Source: Batkoa obscura (Eukaryota). From it: a DNA stretch of 64,000 bases. The stretch lies in assembly GCA_030770535.1 (NCBI GenBank), contig JASVEC010000002.1, positions 2,294,001 through 2,358,000 of the forward strand, in the 5' to 3' direction. The notes under the pieces are model-generated. The model worked only from the letters and a program-made list of their open reading frames with translations, was not told the origin of the DNA and did no database searches. Positions 11,956 to 25,952 of the stretch are shown piece after piece. The translations under genes and the position numbers were made by a program. Within the stretch, counting starts at the first letter, position 1. Each line of letters opens with the position of its first letter.

Positions 11956-13313
11956 ACGTAAGACTTTTAAAATATTAAATTGTTATATCTTAATTCTATC
12001 GAGATTGTAGTAATTTATGCTTTTATTTTTCCATACTCGAGCCTAATACTTCTTGATCAGTAACGAACACATGGCAGCTTTTATACGTATCATAAAGTTT
12101 AATGATGTGTAAAATAGTGTAAGTTAATTTGACCGTCAGATGGTCTTTATTTCATGCAGAGAAAATGTTTGTTAATATAAAAAATATCACCTTTGATAAG
12201 CATCGTGATATGAAATTAATAAAGTGATTCTCAATACCAATTTTTCGCCAATTAATATATATATCAATGTATAAACTTAAATTGATAGGAGTTTTTTAAA
12301 TAAAATTTAATAAGTTTAAATTCTACCAGAATACATGTTATTTTAAGAAATTAAAAAATTAAGGTTTTTTCACCTAATATTAGATTTTTAGTATCATTTT
12401 TTAAACATCCTTATTCAATGTACTTATTATACATTAATATCATATTTATAGTGCTATTATTGATTGCACTTACATTTCAATATTTTGAAATCTCCTCAAA
12501 TTTGTTGGTAAATAATAAATTTTTACATTTTAGGTCTATCTAATATGGTACCTAATTCCAAGCAGTATAGAAACTCTATTAGTAATATAGGCTTTTACTT
12601 AAATAGTACTTTAATAGAATCATTTCAAAAATATCAGTGTAGCTAATTAAAAGCAATCATGACTGCTTTTGATAACATATGGTACTATTTGATTTTTTTA
12701 AAATTAAAGAATTATCACTTACCTTTTATTAGTAAATGTTAATTAAAATAATTCATTTATTGATTATAAATAGATTTCAAAACTACCATTTTTAAACTAA
12801 GAAAATGTGCTATCCTTTTATTGCTATTACGTAGCATCTGATATTACATGTTGACTATACTTAGATATTGTTATTGCATAAAGAGTCAATTATATTAGTA
12901 TAGACTTTTTAGCTATATTATTAATCTAGCTTTTATGATAGAAATAAGGTTAGAATAATTCCACTTTAATTAAAAAGTCTTAACAATAGGATAAAGTTAC
13001 AGTTTTTTATAAGCATTGGTCAACCTTAGTTTCAATAAAGGAGAAAGAAGACTGAGTTATTTTTAAATTTATTTGAATTATACTATTCTTATTCATGCCT
13101 ACTTTTTTCCGTAGAAAATGTTCTTAATACCTTTTAATGCTTAAAATTACTAAAAAAAGAAGGTCTTTAATAAAAAATTAAGGAAAATCAATAAATTTAA
13201 TAAGTCTAAAGAATAGAAGCCAAAATGTCTCACTCAATAAAAAAAGGGTATATAAAGAGGGAAAACAATGAATATAAACAACTGTTAAATACTTCAATTT
13301 AATTTAATAAAGA

Positions 13314-13769
13314 ATGGTTTCCCGCTGCCATAGCAACATTGTAGCCACCGCTAATGTGCATTCCGATTTGGCAAAGGCCTTGTTTACTTTCACTCAATTG
13401 AAAAATCAAGTAAAGGTCCAAGTCGATGTTTTCAAAAGTTTCAAAAATAGTACAGATAAGTATTCATTCCATATTCATGATGCTTTAGTAGTCAAAGGTG
13501 ACTGCATGTCAACAAAGCTTCATTATGACCCTTTTAATGTTAACCCAAATGGAAATTCCACCACTTATAAATGTAGAAAAGATAATATCGCTACTTGTGA
13601 AATTGGAGATCTTGCTGGTAGATTCCAAAAACTAGATGCTGAACCAAAGCATTACACTTTCTTTGATAATGCTAACTACACTGTCGAAGAGCTTATAAAT
13701 AAGAGATCTGTTGTAATTCACTCTTATGATAAAAAGCGTATTGGGTGCGCTAATATTGAAAGGAAATAA
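13314..13769 (+). CDS. Cu-only (SOD5-like) superoxide dismutase paralogue, no signal peptide
   Basis: FHIH, HYDP, CEIGDLAG, RSVVIH, RIGCANI; shares VNPNGNSTTY with 6706-7170; TATATAAAG about 60 bp upstream. Confidence 0.88.
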   Translation: MVSRCHSNIVATANVHSDLAKALFTFTQLKNQVKVQVDVFKSFKNSTDKYSFHIHDALVVKGDCMSTKLHYDPFNVNPNGNSTTYKCRKDNIATCEIGDLAGRFQKLDAEPKHYTFFDNANYTVEELINKRSVVIHSYDKKRIGCANIERK

Positions 13770-13926
13770 ATAATGTCCATTCCTTATTTATTTGATGATG
13801 TATTAAGCAAACTTTATATTTAATTGTAAAATAAAATTAGCATTGGTCTTATAAAGTTATCTTTTTCATTTCTTAATTTCTTAACTAGATTTATATTAAC
13901 ACAATAAAAACAGATAGGGAACATTT

Positions 13927-14021
13927 GGGGCTGTGTTTTTGCGTTTAATAATTTTATAATTTTTTCCACTCAAATAGCGCTTGAGAGATGGAAAAAGTAA
14001 TAAAACTAAAAAAACATCTTC
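13927..14021 (+). mobile_element. ~97-bp MITE
   Basis: GGGGCTGT...ACATCTTC; ATTT TSD on both sides. Confidence 0.85.
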
Positions 14022-14633
14022 ATTTGTTTATTTCAATATTTCACTAATATTTTGATTTTCTTGACATTCTTGAAAGCTCAAGAATACATAGATATTTTGA
14101 TTAAGTTTTGATAATAAAAAAATAAACAAAAATAAAACGGAAAAGACATCCTCATAATCCTTTTTTATTTGGTGATATTTTGTTAATTGGAATTATTAGC
14201 CGTTTGATTTAGATAATATAAACTAATTTTACTCTCTATAGTGAAAGTTAAATAGTCAAAAGCTTATAATAGTTATAGTTTAATAGAAAAAGATCGAGCT
14301 CAATTCATTTTAAAAAGTGTTATTTATATTATTAACAATAAAAATACAAAAGGGTGTATATTATAATAAACTACATAACTAATATGAAGCAATACTATCG
14401 TGGTATGAAAATCAATAAGTTAACATTCATTACTGAACTTGTCAATTTAAATTTCTAGACACAATAATCATAAAATAATTTGGCATTCCTAACTAGCCAA
14501 TAAGATGGAATCACTTAGGTGCCTCTTGATGACAGCAAAAAAATTATTTTATCTTAATTTTTTTACAACTTTGATTGAGTAAGCTAATAAGAGATAAAAA
14601 CAATTAAAAAATAACAATTGACTAGAATCAAAA

Positions 14634-16125
14634 ATGACTTCAAACACAAACAACTCCAATGTTTTAGTTGTAGATAATGGTACTGGGGTAAGTTATATTG
14701 AACTGGTTATACAAACGAAAAAATGATTAAACTTTAAAATTATAATGTTAGTTTGCAAAAGTAGGTTATGCTGGAGCAAACTTTCCAGAACATGTATTTC
14801 CTTCAGTAGTAGGAAGGCCAATGCTGAGAAGCGAAGAAATTGTTGGGGATTATGAAGTGAAAGATATTATGGTAGGTACCGAAGCGAGTGAGTTAAGGTC
14901 CATCTTACAATTAAGTTATCCATTAGAAAATGGTATTGTTAGAAACTGGGAGGATATGTATCATTTATGGGACTATACGTTTAAGGAAAAGCTAAAGATT
15001 GATCCAAAAGGTCATCGAGTTTTATTGACTGAACCACCAATGAACCCTATTCAAAATCGTGTTAAGATGGCAGAAGCCATGTTGGAACATTATGGTTTTG
15101 ATGGGTTTTATATTGCTATTCAAGCTGTTTTAACTTTATATGCTCAAGGTATTTTTATAGAATAAAATCAGCTCTATAACTAAACCAACTATTGATAGGT
15201 TTAGTAAATGGTGTAGTAGTAGATTCTGGAGATGGTGTTACACATATTATCCCAGTTTATGATGGACGTTCATTACCACACCTTACTCGTCGATTAGATG
15301 TAGCAGGTAGAGACGTAACCAGATATCTTATAGAATTATTACAGATGCGTGGTTATAATTTCAATCGTACAGCCGATTTTGAAACTGTTAGACAAATAAA
15401 GGAAAAGTTTTGTTATGTTTCTTATGACTTAGAAATGGACAAAAAATTGGCCAATGAAACTACTGTTTTGATTGAACAGTACACAGTAAGCTTACTTTAA
15501 TTTTTAACTATTTTGTTTAACTATTTATTTTATAGCTCCCTGATGGTAGAGTTATTAAACTTGGTTCAGAAAGATTCCAAGCCCCAGAATGTTTATTCCA
15601 ACCTGAATTGGTTGGCGTTGAATCTCCAGGTGTAGCTGGTAATATTATTTAAATGTTCGTGATTTAGTATCTAATTTTTTGTCAGAGTTGTTATTTAAAT
15701 GTGTACAAGACGCTGATATTGATATTCGTTCTGAATTATATAAGCATATTGTATTATCAGGAGGATCATCCATGTATGCAGGATTACCTGGGAGATTGGA
15801 AAAAGAACTTAAACAATTATATCTTACTAAAATCTTAAACGGAGATCCTTCTCGCCTTGATGTAAGTTTAATAATATTTTTATTATTTAAAGTTAATTTA
15901 TAAAAATAGAAATTTAAAGTTAATATTGATGATCCACCATCACGTAAACATATGGTATTCTTAGGGGGTGCTGTTTTGGCTAAAATTTTAGAAAGTCATC
16001 CAAATGCTTGGGTTTCTAAAGCTGAATGGGAAGAGCAAGGTGTTCGTGCTTTGGTAATATTATCTTATATACTGTACTCTTATATTTACTTATAAATTTG
16101 TTAGGATAAATTGGATAGACTTTAA
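14634..16125 (+). CDS. ARP2: Actin-related protein 2 (multi-exon)
   Basis: [70 protein letters not shown]; short final exon ends at 16125. Confidence 0.95.
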
Positions 16126-16573
16126 ATACTCCAATTTAAAATAAATAATATTTTAAAATTCAGTTTCTAAAAAAACTATTACAAATAAAATATTAATAAA
16201 TATTTTATAACTTGTTTTATTTTGTTTTAATCAATTTAATAAAAAACCGGATTTAGAACAAAGCAAAACTAACAAATGTGTGCTGTGCTCTTAATTTAAA
16301 ATGCATCTTTCTAGTAAATAATGAGCTTAATATACTTGAACTTTTATTAATAGATTAAACATAAGTATCTTTATATTATTAATTATACTATTAAATAAAC
16401 CTATATTTACATCTAAAATATTAACAAAAATATTTTAGTTTCAAAAACACAAATTTTGCGCTATTTTTAAAAAAACATTTCAAAATTTGATTTTATTCCC
16501 ATCAAATAACTCCAACTACTTAAAAACTTTTTATACAAAAGTAAAACCACTTCTTAACTAAGAATATAAAAAA

Positions 16574-18152
16574 ATGGTTGCTTCCAATAAAAAAAGTAAG
16601 CAGAATAACAATCCGATATACAAATTCTAATACAAACTTTAGCTACCCCTGAAAAGAGAGTTGTGCCTAAGAGAGGGGCTGCCCAAAAAGCTGCTGCTCC
16701 TGTAGAAGCTACCCCAAAATCTAAAACTGCTCACAAAAAGGCTACTGCTGAAGCTGAGTCAGCCGAGAAAGAAGTCAAGGAAGCCAAAGCCCAAGACAAA
16801 AAATCTGAAGTTGCCTTAAAATCTAAACCTGCACCCAAAAAGAATAACGCTAAAGTTGAACCAGCTAAGAAAGAAGTTAAAGAAACTAAAGTCCAAGAAG
16901 AAAAATCTAAGGTTGAACCTAAAAAGGAGGTTGTAGAAAAAAAGCCAGCTAACAAAAAAGTAGCTGCTGAACCTGTATCAAAAAAAAAGGGTAATAATAA
17001 GGTAGCTACTGAAACCAAGAGTGAGGAAGAAACCCAAGCTAAAAAGCCAGCTCCTAAAGCTAAAGCTGGTACAAAACGTTCAGCTCAAAAAGAAGCTAAA
17101 GATAGCTTACCTGGGGACTCGAGTGACGAAGAAGAAGAAGAAGGTAACCTGTTGATAAAATACTTTTTTTATCAATATTAACTTTTTAATAGATGATGTA
17201 CAAGTTGAAGAGTTAGCCCAAGAGTTAGATAGTGATGAAGAAGAAGTTGAGACTGAGGATATCAAGTCAACAAAAACCAAAGCACAAGAAGCTGATCATT
17301 TTAGTAAACAAATTGGTAAAGAGATGAAAAACAAGTTGAACTTAATTAACAGCCAAAAGGTATTTTATTTTAAAATTTATTAAGTTACCAATTATTTATT
17401 GATTAAGGATAATAATAATGAATATGGCGTTGTTTACCTTGGACATATTCCAAAAGGGTTTGAAGAAAAAGAAATCAAGGGTTATTTTAGCCAATTCGGA
17501 ACTATAACTAATCTTCGTATGTCCCGTAATAAAAAGGTAAGCTGATTTTTCAATTTTTCCATTTATACTGAATTTGGTTCATAGACCGGAAAATCCAGAC
17601 ATTATGCTTTTATTGAGTATAAGTTCCGTGAAGTAGCTGAAGTAGTTGTTGAAACTATGGACAATTATTTATTATCAGGCCGTTTACTTAGATGTAATAT
17701 AGTTTATAAGTTATGAAAGTTGATATTTATAATATTTTATAGGTAAATTAGTTCCTAAAGAAAAGGTACACCCAAGCTTATTTTGGGGTGCAGGTCAACC
17801 AATTAAACTTTCAGGTAATGTAGGAAGACAACGTAATTTACTTAAAAAACCAAAAACGGAAGTGCAAGTACATAGACGATCCGATCGTCTTATTCTAAAA
17901 GAAAAACAAAAGAGGAAAGTACTCAAAGCTATGGGAATCGATTATGACTTTAAGGGGGTTGGAAAAACGACTCGTGGTAATAAAGCTGAAAAAGCAGCTA
18001 AAAAGGAGGTTGCTCCAGTAGCTGAAGCTGAAAAAGAGGCTGTTTCAGTTAAAAAAGCTCCAGTTGTAGCTAAAAAGGTTGGTGCTAAAAAGAATGGTAC
18101 CAAGAAGGCTGTTGCTGCTAAAAAGAAACCACTTCCAAAATCAAAAGTTTAG
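16574..18152 (+). CDS. NOP15: Nucleolar RRM protein NOP15/NIFK with long K/A/E-rich extensions
   Basis: Spliced RRM GVVYLGHIPKGFEEKEIKGYFSQFG...RMSRNKKTGKSRHYAFIEY...ETMDNYLL; LKAMGIDYDF. Confidence 0.88.
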
Positions 18153-18235
18153 ATTTCGATTAATATTGCTATTACAAACTACATTTTGATTTTTTCATTG
18201 CTGAGATAGAATAAAAATAATACTGCTATATAATA

Positions 18236-18287
18236 TTATTGTTATTATTGTTATTATTGTTATTATTGTTATTATTATATTATTATT
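18236..18287. repeat. (TTATTATTG)n tandem repeat
   Basis: About 4-5 consecutive 9-mers downstream of NOP15. Confidence 0.75.
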
Positions 18288-18580
18288 AGACCAACACTCA
18301 GATGATACTCTAGTGCTTTAACAGTTTATAGAAATAGAAATTGATTGGTATAAATATAAAAACTTTTGCATGGTTTAATTTTTTAAATTTCATTAACTAT
18401 TTTTTGCTATTTACAAGAGTAGATAAAGTTTAATAATTTACTTAAAAGATAAAATTTTTACACTTAATTCAAGCAAATATTTTATTCTTTTTAAATAATT
18501 TATTAATGGTCTACTATTTTAAAAAGCATGAAAAAATAAACATAATCATGCTCAAAATCTTTTAACACAAATGGCAAATC

Positions 18581-20492
18581 CTAGTTATCACGGAACCTTT
18601 TTTGGTTGAGGTCGTTTGGTCGATGATTTCTTTTGGCTGGGGAAGAGTTATTAGGTTTATCAATCTTCATTGAATTGATGCTATGTATATTATTAGCAAA
18701 AGCATTGAAGTTAAACTGCTCTGAATGATGATCGACGTTCATACTATTAGCCATAGTTTCTTTCTTAATTTCAATTCCTCTAGGATCGATTCTATTTACA
18801 CTATCAGTAGCTCTCAGAAGGACTATAATGTTTTAGTAATGTTATACATTTATGATTACTTCTTACAATCAGGTACATCAAAAGAAGTATCTTGGCTTAG
18901 TACGTCTAAAAAAATATAAGCTTATTTTATAATTGTAAATTGATTATACCGAAACTTTGAAAAGTAGTGGAGCTACTATTATTAGAACCTCCTTGGGTGA
19001 AACTCATATTGCTATTTGAATTAGAGTTAGTTATCTTTTGATTTGGACTATTAGCATTTAAGCTCTTGTTGTTATTTAAGTTAGCATTAGTTACTCCTCG
19101 ACTTGGATTTAGAGCATTGAGGTTTCTGGTAGTGTTATTTGAACTGGAATTAGCTTTTCCTTGGTTTAAGTTTGAAGTACTATAGCTTCTGGTAGTATTA
19201 TTCAAATCAAGGTTAGCCATCCCCTGGTTTGGATTTGTGCAGTTGAAGCTTCTGATATTGTTATTATTATTACTATTATTAGTTTGGTTATTTGTGCTGA
19301 AAAATAAGGTTAGGATACTTTAAACTATAACAAAATAAACCAAACCTTGGGGTTAAATTTATAGTATTATTAGTGTTATTTGGATGGTTACTAAAACAAA
19401 ATAATTAAACTAATATTCGTTCTATTTATAATATTACTTTTTAGTTAAGTATGAAGGTTTATAAGTTGTAGTAGTTGGGCTACAACAAGTTAATATTGTA
19501 GCAAGTTATATTATTAAATTTATTACCTAGGTGTTATGTTTATATTGTTAGAATTAGATTCTATTCCCATTCTTATATTATTATTACTCAAAGCTTGGCT
19601 TGGAAAACTTCTTTTGTTATGGTTTATGTTAATATTTTGGTTATTGTATATACCGTTTCCCAAACTTGGGTTAAACGAATTGGCTGGATTGTTTATTATT
19701 GTTGGGGGCTAAAGATGACAATTAGCAATGCAATAATTGATTACTATATATAGCTTTACTTTTTTCGCTGAAGCAAGGAATTTTTTATCGTATAAGCAAT
19801 TACCTAAAGCATTACCAAAATATCTTAATGCTCTTTTTACTCCATCCGTAACTGCTTCTTTTCTGGCCTTTATTATTACGGAATTAATTAATTTTTAATT
19901 TGATGAAATTGAACAAACCTTTTCAAAAGCTTGTCCTTTAGACTTAGCATTTTCCATAGTGCCATATCCAACATCCTAAATAGCTTGAGGTAAAGTTTTA
20001 AGAATTGTATTTTATATACCTCATGAAACGAACCATCTCTTGTTACAACTCTTATATGGGCAGTGACTCCAACACTCCATTTTCCATCAGCGACATCAAG
20101 CTACAATATTTAATTTAAAATTTACTTAACATAAAATTAAATTACAAAATCAACAACAAAATCCTTGATTTCACTACTCCAGCCATTAAACCCAAATATT
20201 TCATTTGCTATTTCAATTGATTTCCAACCCTCAAGATAAGCTACTCTACCTAGTTATGTTTACTTATTTATATTCTAATATTTTTTATCTTAATATTATT
20301 ACTTCCGCCAAAAGCTGTTCGATGGCTGATCTCGGTAGGCTCTAACTGTCGGGCTAACTTCTCATTTATTATTTGTACTTCTTCTTGATCATATTGGGGG
20401 TGCAGATTAAGCTCTAAGTTCTCCTTTTTTATTGATGGATCACTTAATAAATTAGTATTAATAAATTAAATCGATATTACTATTCACCTCAT
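18581..20492 (-). CDS. RAD52: DNA repair/recombination protein Rad52 (multi-exon, Asn-rich C-terminus)
   Basis: Spliced [69 protein letters not shown]; stop at 18581-18583. Confidence 0.92.
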
Positions 20493-21513
20493 TTTATTAA
20501 ATATTTAGAGCTGAATTGATCAAAATTGAGTTTTTTTTGTTATATAGTGGGTTTCCTATAACTCTAAGAATAATTTACTTTAAAAAGAATTTGATTGAGT
20601 TTTAATTTAACAATTACAAACTTGAAGTTTATTTGCTGTCTAAATCTAAAAAAAGTGAATTAGGATTGGTTCAACAAGTGCAAATAACTATAAATGTAGA
20701 GTTTGGCTTATGATTTGCAGTTAAATGAACAATTGCTTTATAAAATTTACTTCATAAATAAAACTCGCAGCAAGAGATGTGTTGAAATACTAAAAAGTCA
20801 AATTGACAGTTATTCACATAAAGTTACACCCAATAGTGTTCTTATATTAATATCCTCTGTTTCTATCAGTATATAATTTTAAGTATTAGCATGTATAGCA
20901 GATATAATAAACGTTAAATTCTAAAATTTTAAGACATCAGAACAACAATATTTGAAATATTATTTATTAAACATTTATAAACTTGTAAAAGTTTTTAAAA
21001 TTTGTTTAGTAATAAAGGAAATTATGACAAAGTTAAATAAATTGAATTTCTTCATCAAAGCTTACTAGAATCGTAAGCTAGTTATTTAATGATGTTATTA
21101 ATTTTAAGGTTAGCAAGTATGATGATAAGTTTATACTAATAAATCTTTTACTTTGATGTTAATATTAAAAACTGGAGTATTTTTGTCTAAATATTTCTAA
21201 GTGTTTTAAACCTGGGATATAATTTTATAAAAATAAATTATTCGAGTTTATTAAATTGATCATTATATCTTATGTTTATATTTATGTATATGACAAGGCA
21301 GTAGGTAGTTCGAAAATTTTATATACTGGCTATAATCATAAAAATAATAAGTTTAGATTATATATTTCTTACATTATGATATAAAGTTTCTACACTTTAA
21401 TAATATATATCATTGAATTTGGTTTATTTTCCAGTAACATTTAAATATGTAAATTTAACATTATAGTTTTTCATCAATTTGTTTATTGAAATCAATCAAA
21501 TTTGTTATAAATC

Positions 21514-22434
21514 TTAAAATGTCAAACAAGCGAAAGCTCCAATATAAGACTTGCAAGATGAACCTTGAGGGCAAATTTGTGTTAAAATTTTACCGTTTAA
21601 ACAAGTTTGTAAGTTGTTTTGGTGGCAGCGCTGTAATCCATGGTTAGTGCATTCACCTTTACCAGGATTACCGGATTCTTTAGGTTTGATAGATTTAGTC
21701 CCTTAAGGAGATGGAGATTGTTCTTCTTTCTTTGGCTCTTCTTTTTCTGGTTCTTCTTTTACTGGAATATCAAGCTTCTTTTGGTCATTTCTTACTGAGG
21801 TATCTTGAGAATCACTTGGCGAAATGGTTTTATATGGAGTAGATTCCATTTCGAATTTTTTACAATTATCAGCAAAACCTTCTGGGAAAACTTCGTGACC
21901 ACCAACGTTAGCTATGGCTGGTACATATCCAGTGATACTTCCTCATTCTTTACCATTCTTGATCGTAATATCAGCACAATTCATGTAATATTCACGATTA
22001 CCAGATCTATTGATCCAACCCCATGCAAATGTTACAGGTCCGCTTGGAGCATCAGCTGGGATAGGTATGTCATAGCTTAATCCACCGGTTAAACAGTTTC
22101 CATAAACATCCTTCAATACTACCCAGTCTCTGTCATTGTAGGATACTGAAAATTGACAATGCCCACCATCATGGGTGGCAGTACCACGGAGCTGTACAGA
22201 AATATTTTCTCCAGCACTAACATCATATGATTATAGACCTTTGATATAACCACGGCAAGGATATGGGTAGTCAGTACCAAGTGGGGAAGTATAAGAATAA
22301 TCGAATTCAAATTCAGAGTAATTCTTGTTGTATTGTGATTTTCTTGGAGGAGGATTAATCATTTCTATATGAGAAGTAACTTGATGGACAGCACCAAGGA
22401 AAAGTAAGAGAGCAGATGGTTTTTTTGAAACCAT
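21514..22434 (-). pseudogene. AA11 lytic polysaccharide monooxygenase pseudogene
   Basis: Colinear with 60304-61254; in-frame stops at about 22231 (TCA>TAA), 21943 (GGA>TGA) and 21703 (TAA). Confidence 0.88.
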
Positions 22435-23801
22435 TTCAGATAATATTATAGTTTGTCGAAAGTTATTTTAAATTGATATGAGATATTTTTGCATTTATAT
22501 ACTATAAGCACCTATTTTATATCACACTTCATTATTATATTATTTACACTTGAGAACATTTAATACATAAAAATATATTAATTTAATGTCCCAAATGAAC
22601 AATCTTTCAAAATATTATTGCTATTTGTTCTATAAGAGAGCTATAAACCTTTGACTATAAAATATTAGTTCAACACTTTATAATTGAACGATGCTATTGA
22701 TAAGCTAATGTAAATCTTATTATATGAGATGCTTTAATTTTATAATGTTTTGAAATAAATATTTGTAAAAAGTAGTGCTAATCAAATGTCTTTTGGATAT
22801 TGAAATAAAAAATGAGTTAATACAAATAGCACTTAGTAATAGATTCATGATTTCAAACATACTATGTTCTAATATTTTTTAATAAATTTTTAAGCCATTG
22901 ACTAAGATATTTATTTAGCATGTATTTGATATGTTTAATTTATTGTATTGCTATATAAATCACAAATTGTATACTCTGGAATTTTGTTAATATATAATAA
23001 ATTGTTAGTATAGACTAATAAATCAAGATCATAAAACATCATTTGCTATAAAGCCTACTTTAAATACTTCCAAAAACAAAGTATTGATAAATAATTATAA
23101 ACAGTAATATTGTAAATGGTTTTGATTTTTTCCTAAATTTAATAGTATGTTACTAACATATTTTTTAATTTATTTATCCTTAAATAATTTAAAATTAATT
23201 TTACATAAATTACACTTACTAGTTTTTTATCTTGTTTATATAGAATTATCAATTCTTTTGAGTTATTAAAGCCTTAATAGTATTTTTTTCACTTCAAATT
23301 ATAGCTTTTAAAGCTTTTGCTTCTTTTTTATTTTTAAATATTACTATATACAAATGTCAATGTTAACTACACTGTTTCAAAATAAATATTTGCTAATTTT
23401 AAATTAGTTCAAACAATATTCACTATTTAGCTTAAATTTAGGAATTATTTGGTAAATTTCTAAAAAATATATAAGTAAATTAAAAGTGAGAAAAAATTCT
23501 AAAAGTCATAAATAAAAAAATAAGACCTAACTATACAAATATGTTATATAAGATATTGTTTGGGTACATGTCAAATCTAAAATAAATAAATAAACTATTT
23601 TCTAAATATAAAAAAAGATTAATTAAAATTAAAATTAAAAGCATTTTAAAATAGTAGTATAGTAGATTATAATAAAGTAACAAAAGATTCAATATGCTTT
23701 TTTTATATGTTTTAATTATATAGTATATATATTAAAACGTTATATCAATTGAAATCTTATTAAAAAATAGTTAAAACTTTACAATATAAATAGTAATATT
23801 T

Positions 23802-23898
23802 GGAAGTTTATTTTCTTGTTTAAGATTTTATTAACAATCTTTTCGCTCAAATAGCTTTTAAAAAATGGAAAAAGTAATGAAACTAAAAAAACATTCCC
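23802..23898 (+). mobile_element. ~97-bp MITE (diverged)
   Basis: Family body CTCAAATAGC...ATGGAAAAAGTAATGAAAC; ends in ACATTCCC. Confidence 0.78.
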
Positions 23899-23969
23899 GT
23901 TCTTATTAAAAATTTAAAAAAAACTTAACAAAATCTTTGTTAATAGTTATTTGTTTCTTTAATCATATT

Positions 23970-24120
23970 TGTGAGATCTAATTATTCAGTAGTTGGAGTT
24001 AAAAGTAACTTTTGATTGATTAACTAGGCATAAGTAAAAAAATCTTAGTTTATGTAACTAAGATGGACTTACATTATGAAGAATAGAATGTAATAGGCTA
24101 CGAACTATGTAAGACAAAGC
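23970..24120 (-). mobile_element. Truncated, diverged LTR fragment of the same family as 24970-25432
   Basis: TGTGAGATCT...TCTTAGTTTATGTAACTAAGATGGACTT...ATTATGAAGAATAG aligns to 40836-40985. Confidence 0.75.
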
Positions 24121-24177
24121 AATATTTTAGAATATTTTGAAAATAGGTAATTTAATTTAAAGTTTTACAATAAATAT

Positions 24178-24276
24178 GGGGATGTATTTTTGTATTTAAG
24201 AATTTTACTAATAATTTTTCCATTCAAATAGCGCTTAAAAGATGGAAAAAGTAATGAAGCCAAAAAAAACACTCCC
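24178..24276 (+). mobile_element. ~97-bp MITE (near consensus)
   Basis: GGGGATGT...ACACTCCC; ATAT TSD. Confidence 0.92.
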
Positions 24277-24514
24277 ATATGCTACAATTATATATATAAT
24301 TAACAATATATATGTTATTGACAAAAGTTAGTATTTTATGAAGAATTTCGGCTTTTTTTATTAATAAATTTCTTTATGAAACATTAAAACAAATATTTGA
24401 AAACAATTAAAATCTAAATTTAAATATATATCTGCTAAAAAGGTTAAAAATAAAAATAAACATAAAGGTACGAATACAAATAGCTTTCAAATAACAAAAT
24501 AATAAAATATACAT

Positions 24515-24600
24515 AAGGGTGTTTTTTTGGCTTCATCACTTTTTCCATTTTTTAGGCACTATTTGAGCGAAAAGGTTGTTAGTAAAGCTCTTAAAAAAAA
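24515..24600 (-). mobile_element. Truncated MITE; a further terminal fragment lies at about 24636-24655
   Basis: AAGGGTGTTTTTTTGGCTTCATCAC...GTTAGTAAAG; right TIR missing. Confidence 0.75.
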
Positions 24601-24969
24601 TAATCAAAAATTTAATAACATTGTTAGTCACAAATGAGGATGTATTTTTGTTTAAAACAAGAATTAATTAAACTAAAATTATATACATTTGATGATAAAA
24701 CACTAACATTATTATAAGAAATTTAAATAAAATAAAATTATTAATACTATTAAAAACATGATTTTCTTAATAATTTTAATAAGTTGTTTATAAAAAAAAC
24801 TTTATCAAATATTATCAAATATAAAATATAATAAACATTATTTAGGAATTTATATTAAAACTAATTAATAAATTGTTAATGTTATTATCTTAACAAAACT
24901 AAATGTTAAAGTATTATTAAAAACATGAAAAAAACAGAAAAATCTCTAATATATCAGCTTAGTTTAAAG

Positions 24970-25432
24970 TGTGAAATATCGCTTTGTCAGTCCCATGGTT
25001 AGTTATAGCACAACAATCGCCTAAGCTGTTGTGTTCTCGAGTTCAGAGAAAATCAATTCCACGTTCTTATTTTGATTTACTATGAGAATTTCTAGCTCCA
25101 TCCCAAAGAATATTCTCCCCTCGTTTTGATATTTATACTTTTCAGAGTATAAAAGAGTTTACAGAGTATAGTAGTTCGAGGCTTTTAACTGAATTATTCC
25201 CTGATATCTCAAACATTTAATAAAGCCACTAAGTTTTCTTAATAGTATTTTACATAGATTCTACATTAGCATTGTCTATTCTATTTGTCTTATATAGCTT
25301 GTAACCTATTACGTGCTATTCCTCATAACCCAAGTCTATCTTAGTCACATAAACTAAGACCTTTCGACTTATAGTGTAGTCAACCCAGCAATAGCTGTTC
25401 TTGACTCCAAACCCTGAGCACCAGATTTCACA
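24970..25432 (+). mobile_element. Solo LTR (463 bp)
   Basis: TGTGAAAT...ATTTCACA termini; TATAAAAG at about 25148 and AATAAA at about 25218; full-length inverted homologue at 40836-41298. Confidence 0.85.
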
Positions 25433-25952
25433 GCTTTAACATTTAGTTTTATTATTAGAATGATTTAATGTTTTTTATTTTTACTTATATTATATTTAAA
25501 AATAAGTAAATAAAATAAGATAAAATAAAAAGTTATCTGAAATATTAGTTATATAATGAGAAATATTAAAAAAAATTAAAGTGAATAATAAATATATGAA
25601 ACTATATTATTATTATTTGTTTTTAAAATTTTATTGTTAAATCTTTTTAAATATAAGTATAAACCAACATTAATTTTTCAATCAAGTTAATGTTGTTTTA
25701 AAAATTTATTTTTTTGTCAAAACTTTATTGTTTTAATGTTAATATTTTTATTGATTTATAATATCTTTGATTTAAAAAAAATAAAAGCATTGTAATGCTA
25801 AAAATAAATTATTTAAAGTGTCTTATTTATTTTCAAGTATTTTAATCATAATTTCAAAACTGCCTCTAATAAACAAAAACAATCTGTATATAGATAAGTT
25901 TAAAAGCTTGGTCAAAATTAAAAATAAAATCTTAATTTACTTTTTACTATTT

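Noticed and set aside
21703..22233. In-frame TAA/TGA in the AA11 copy as stop-codon reassignment or selenocysteine
   Set aside because: TAA and TAG end intact genes here. The stops align to Ser and Gly, not Cys, and involve both TAA and TGA, so ordinary nonsense mutation is simpler.
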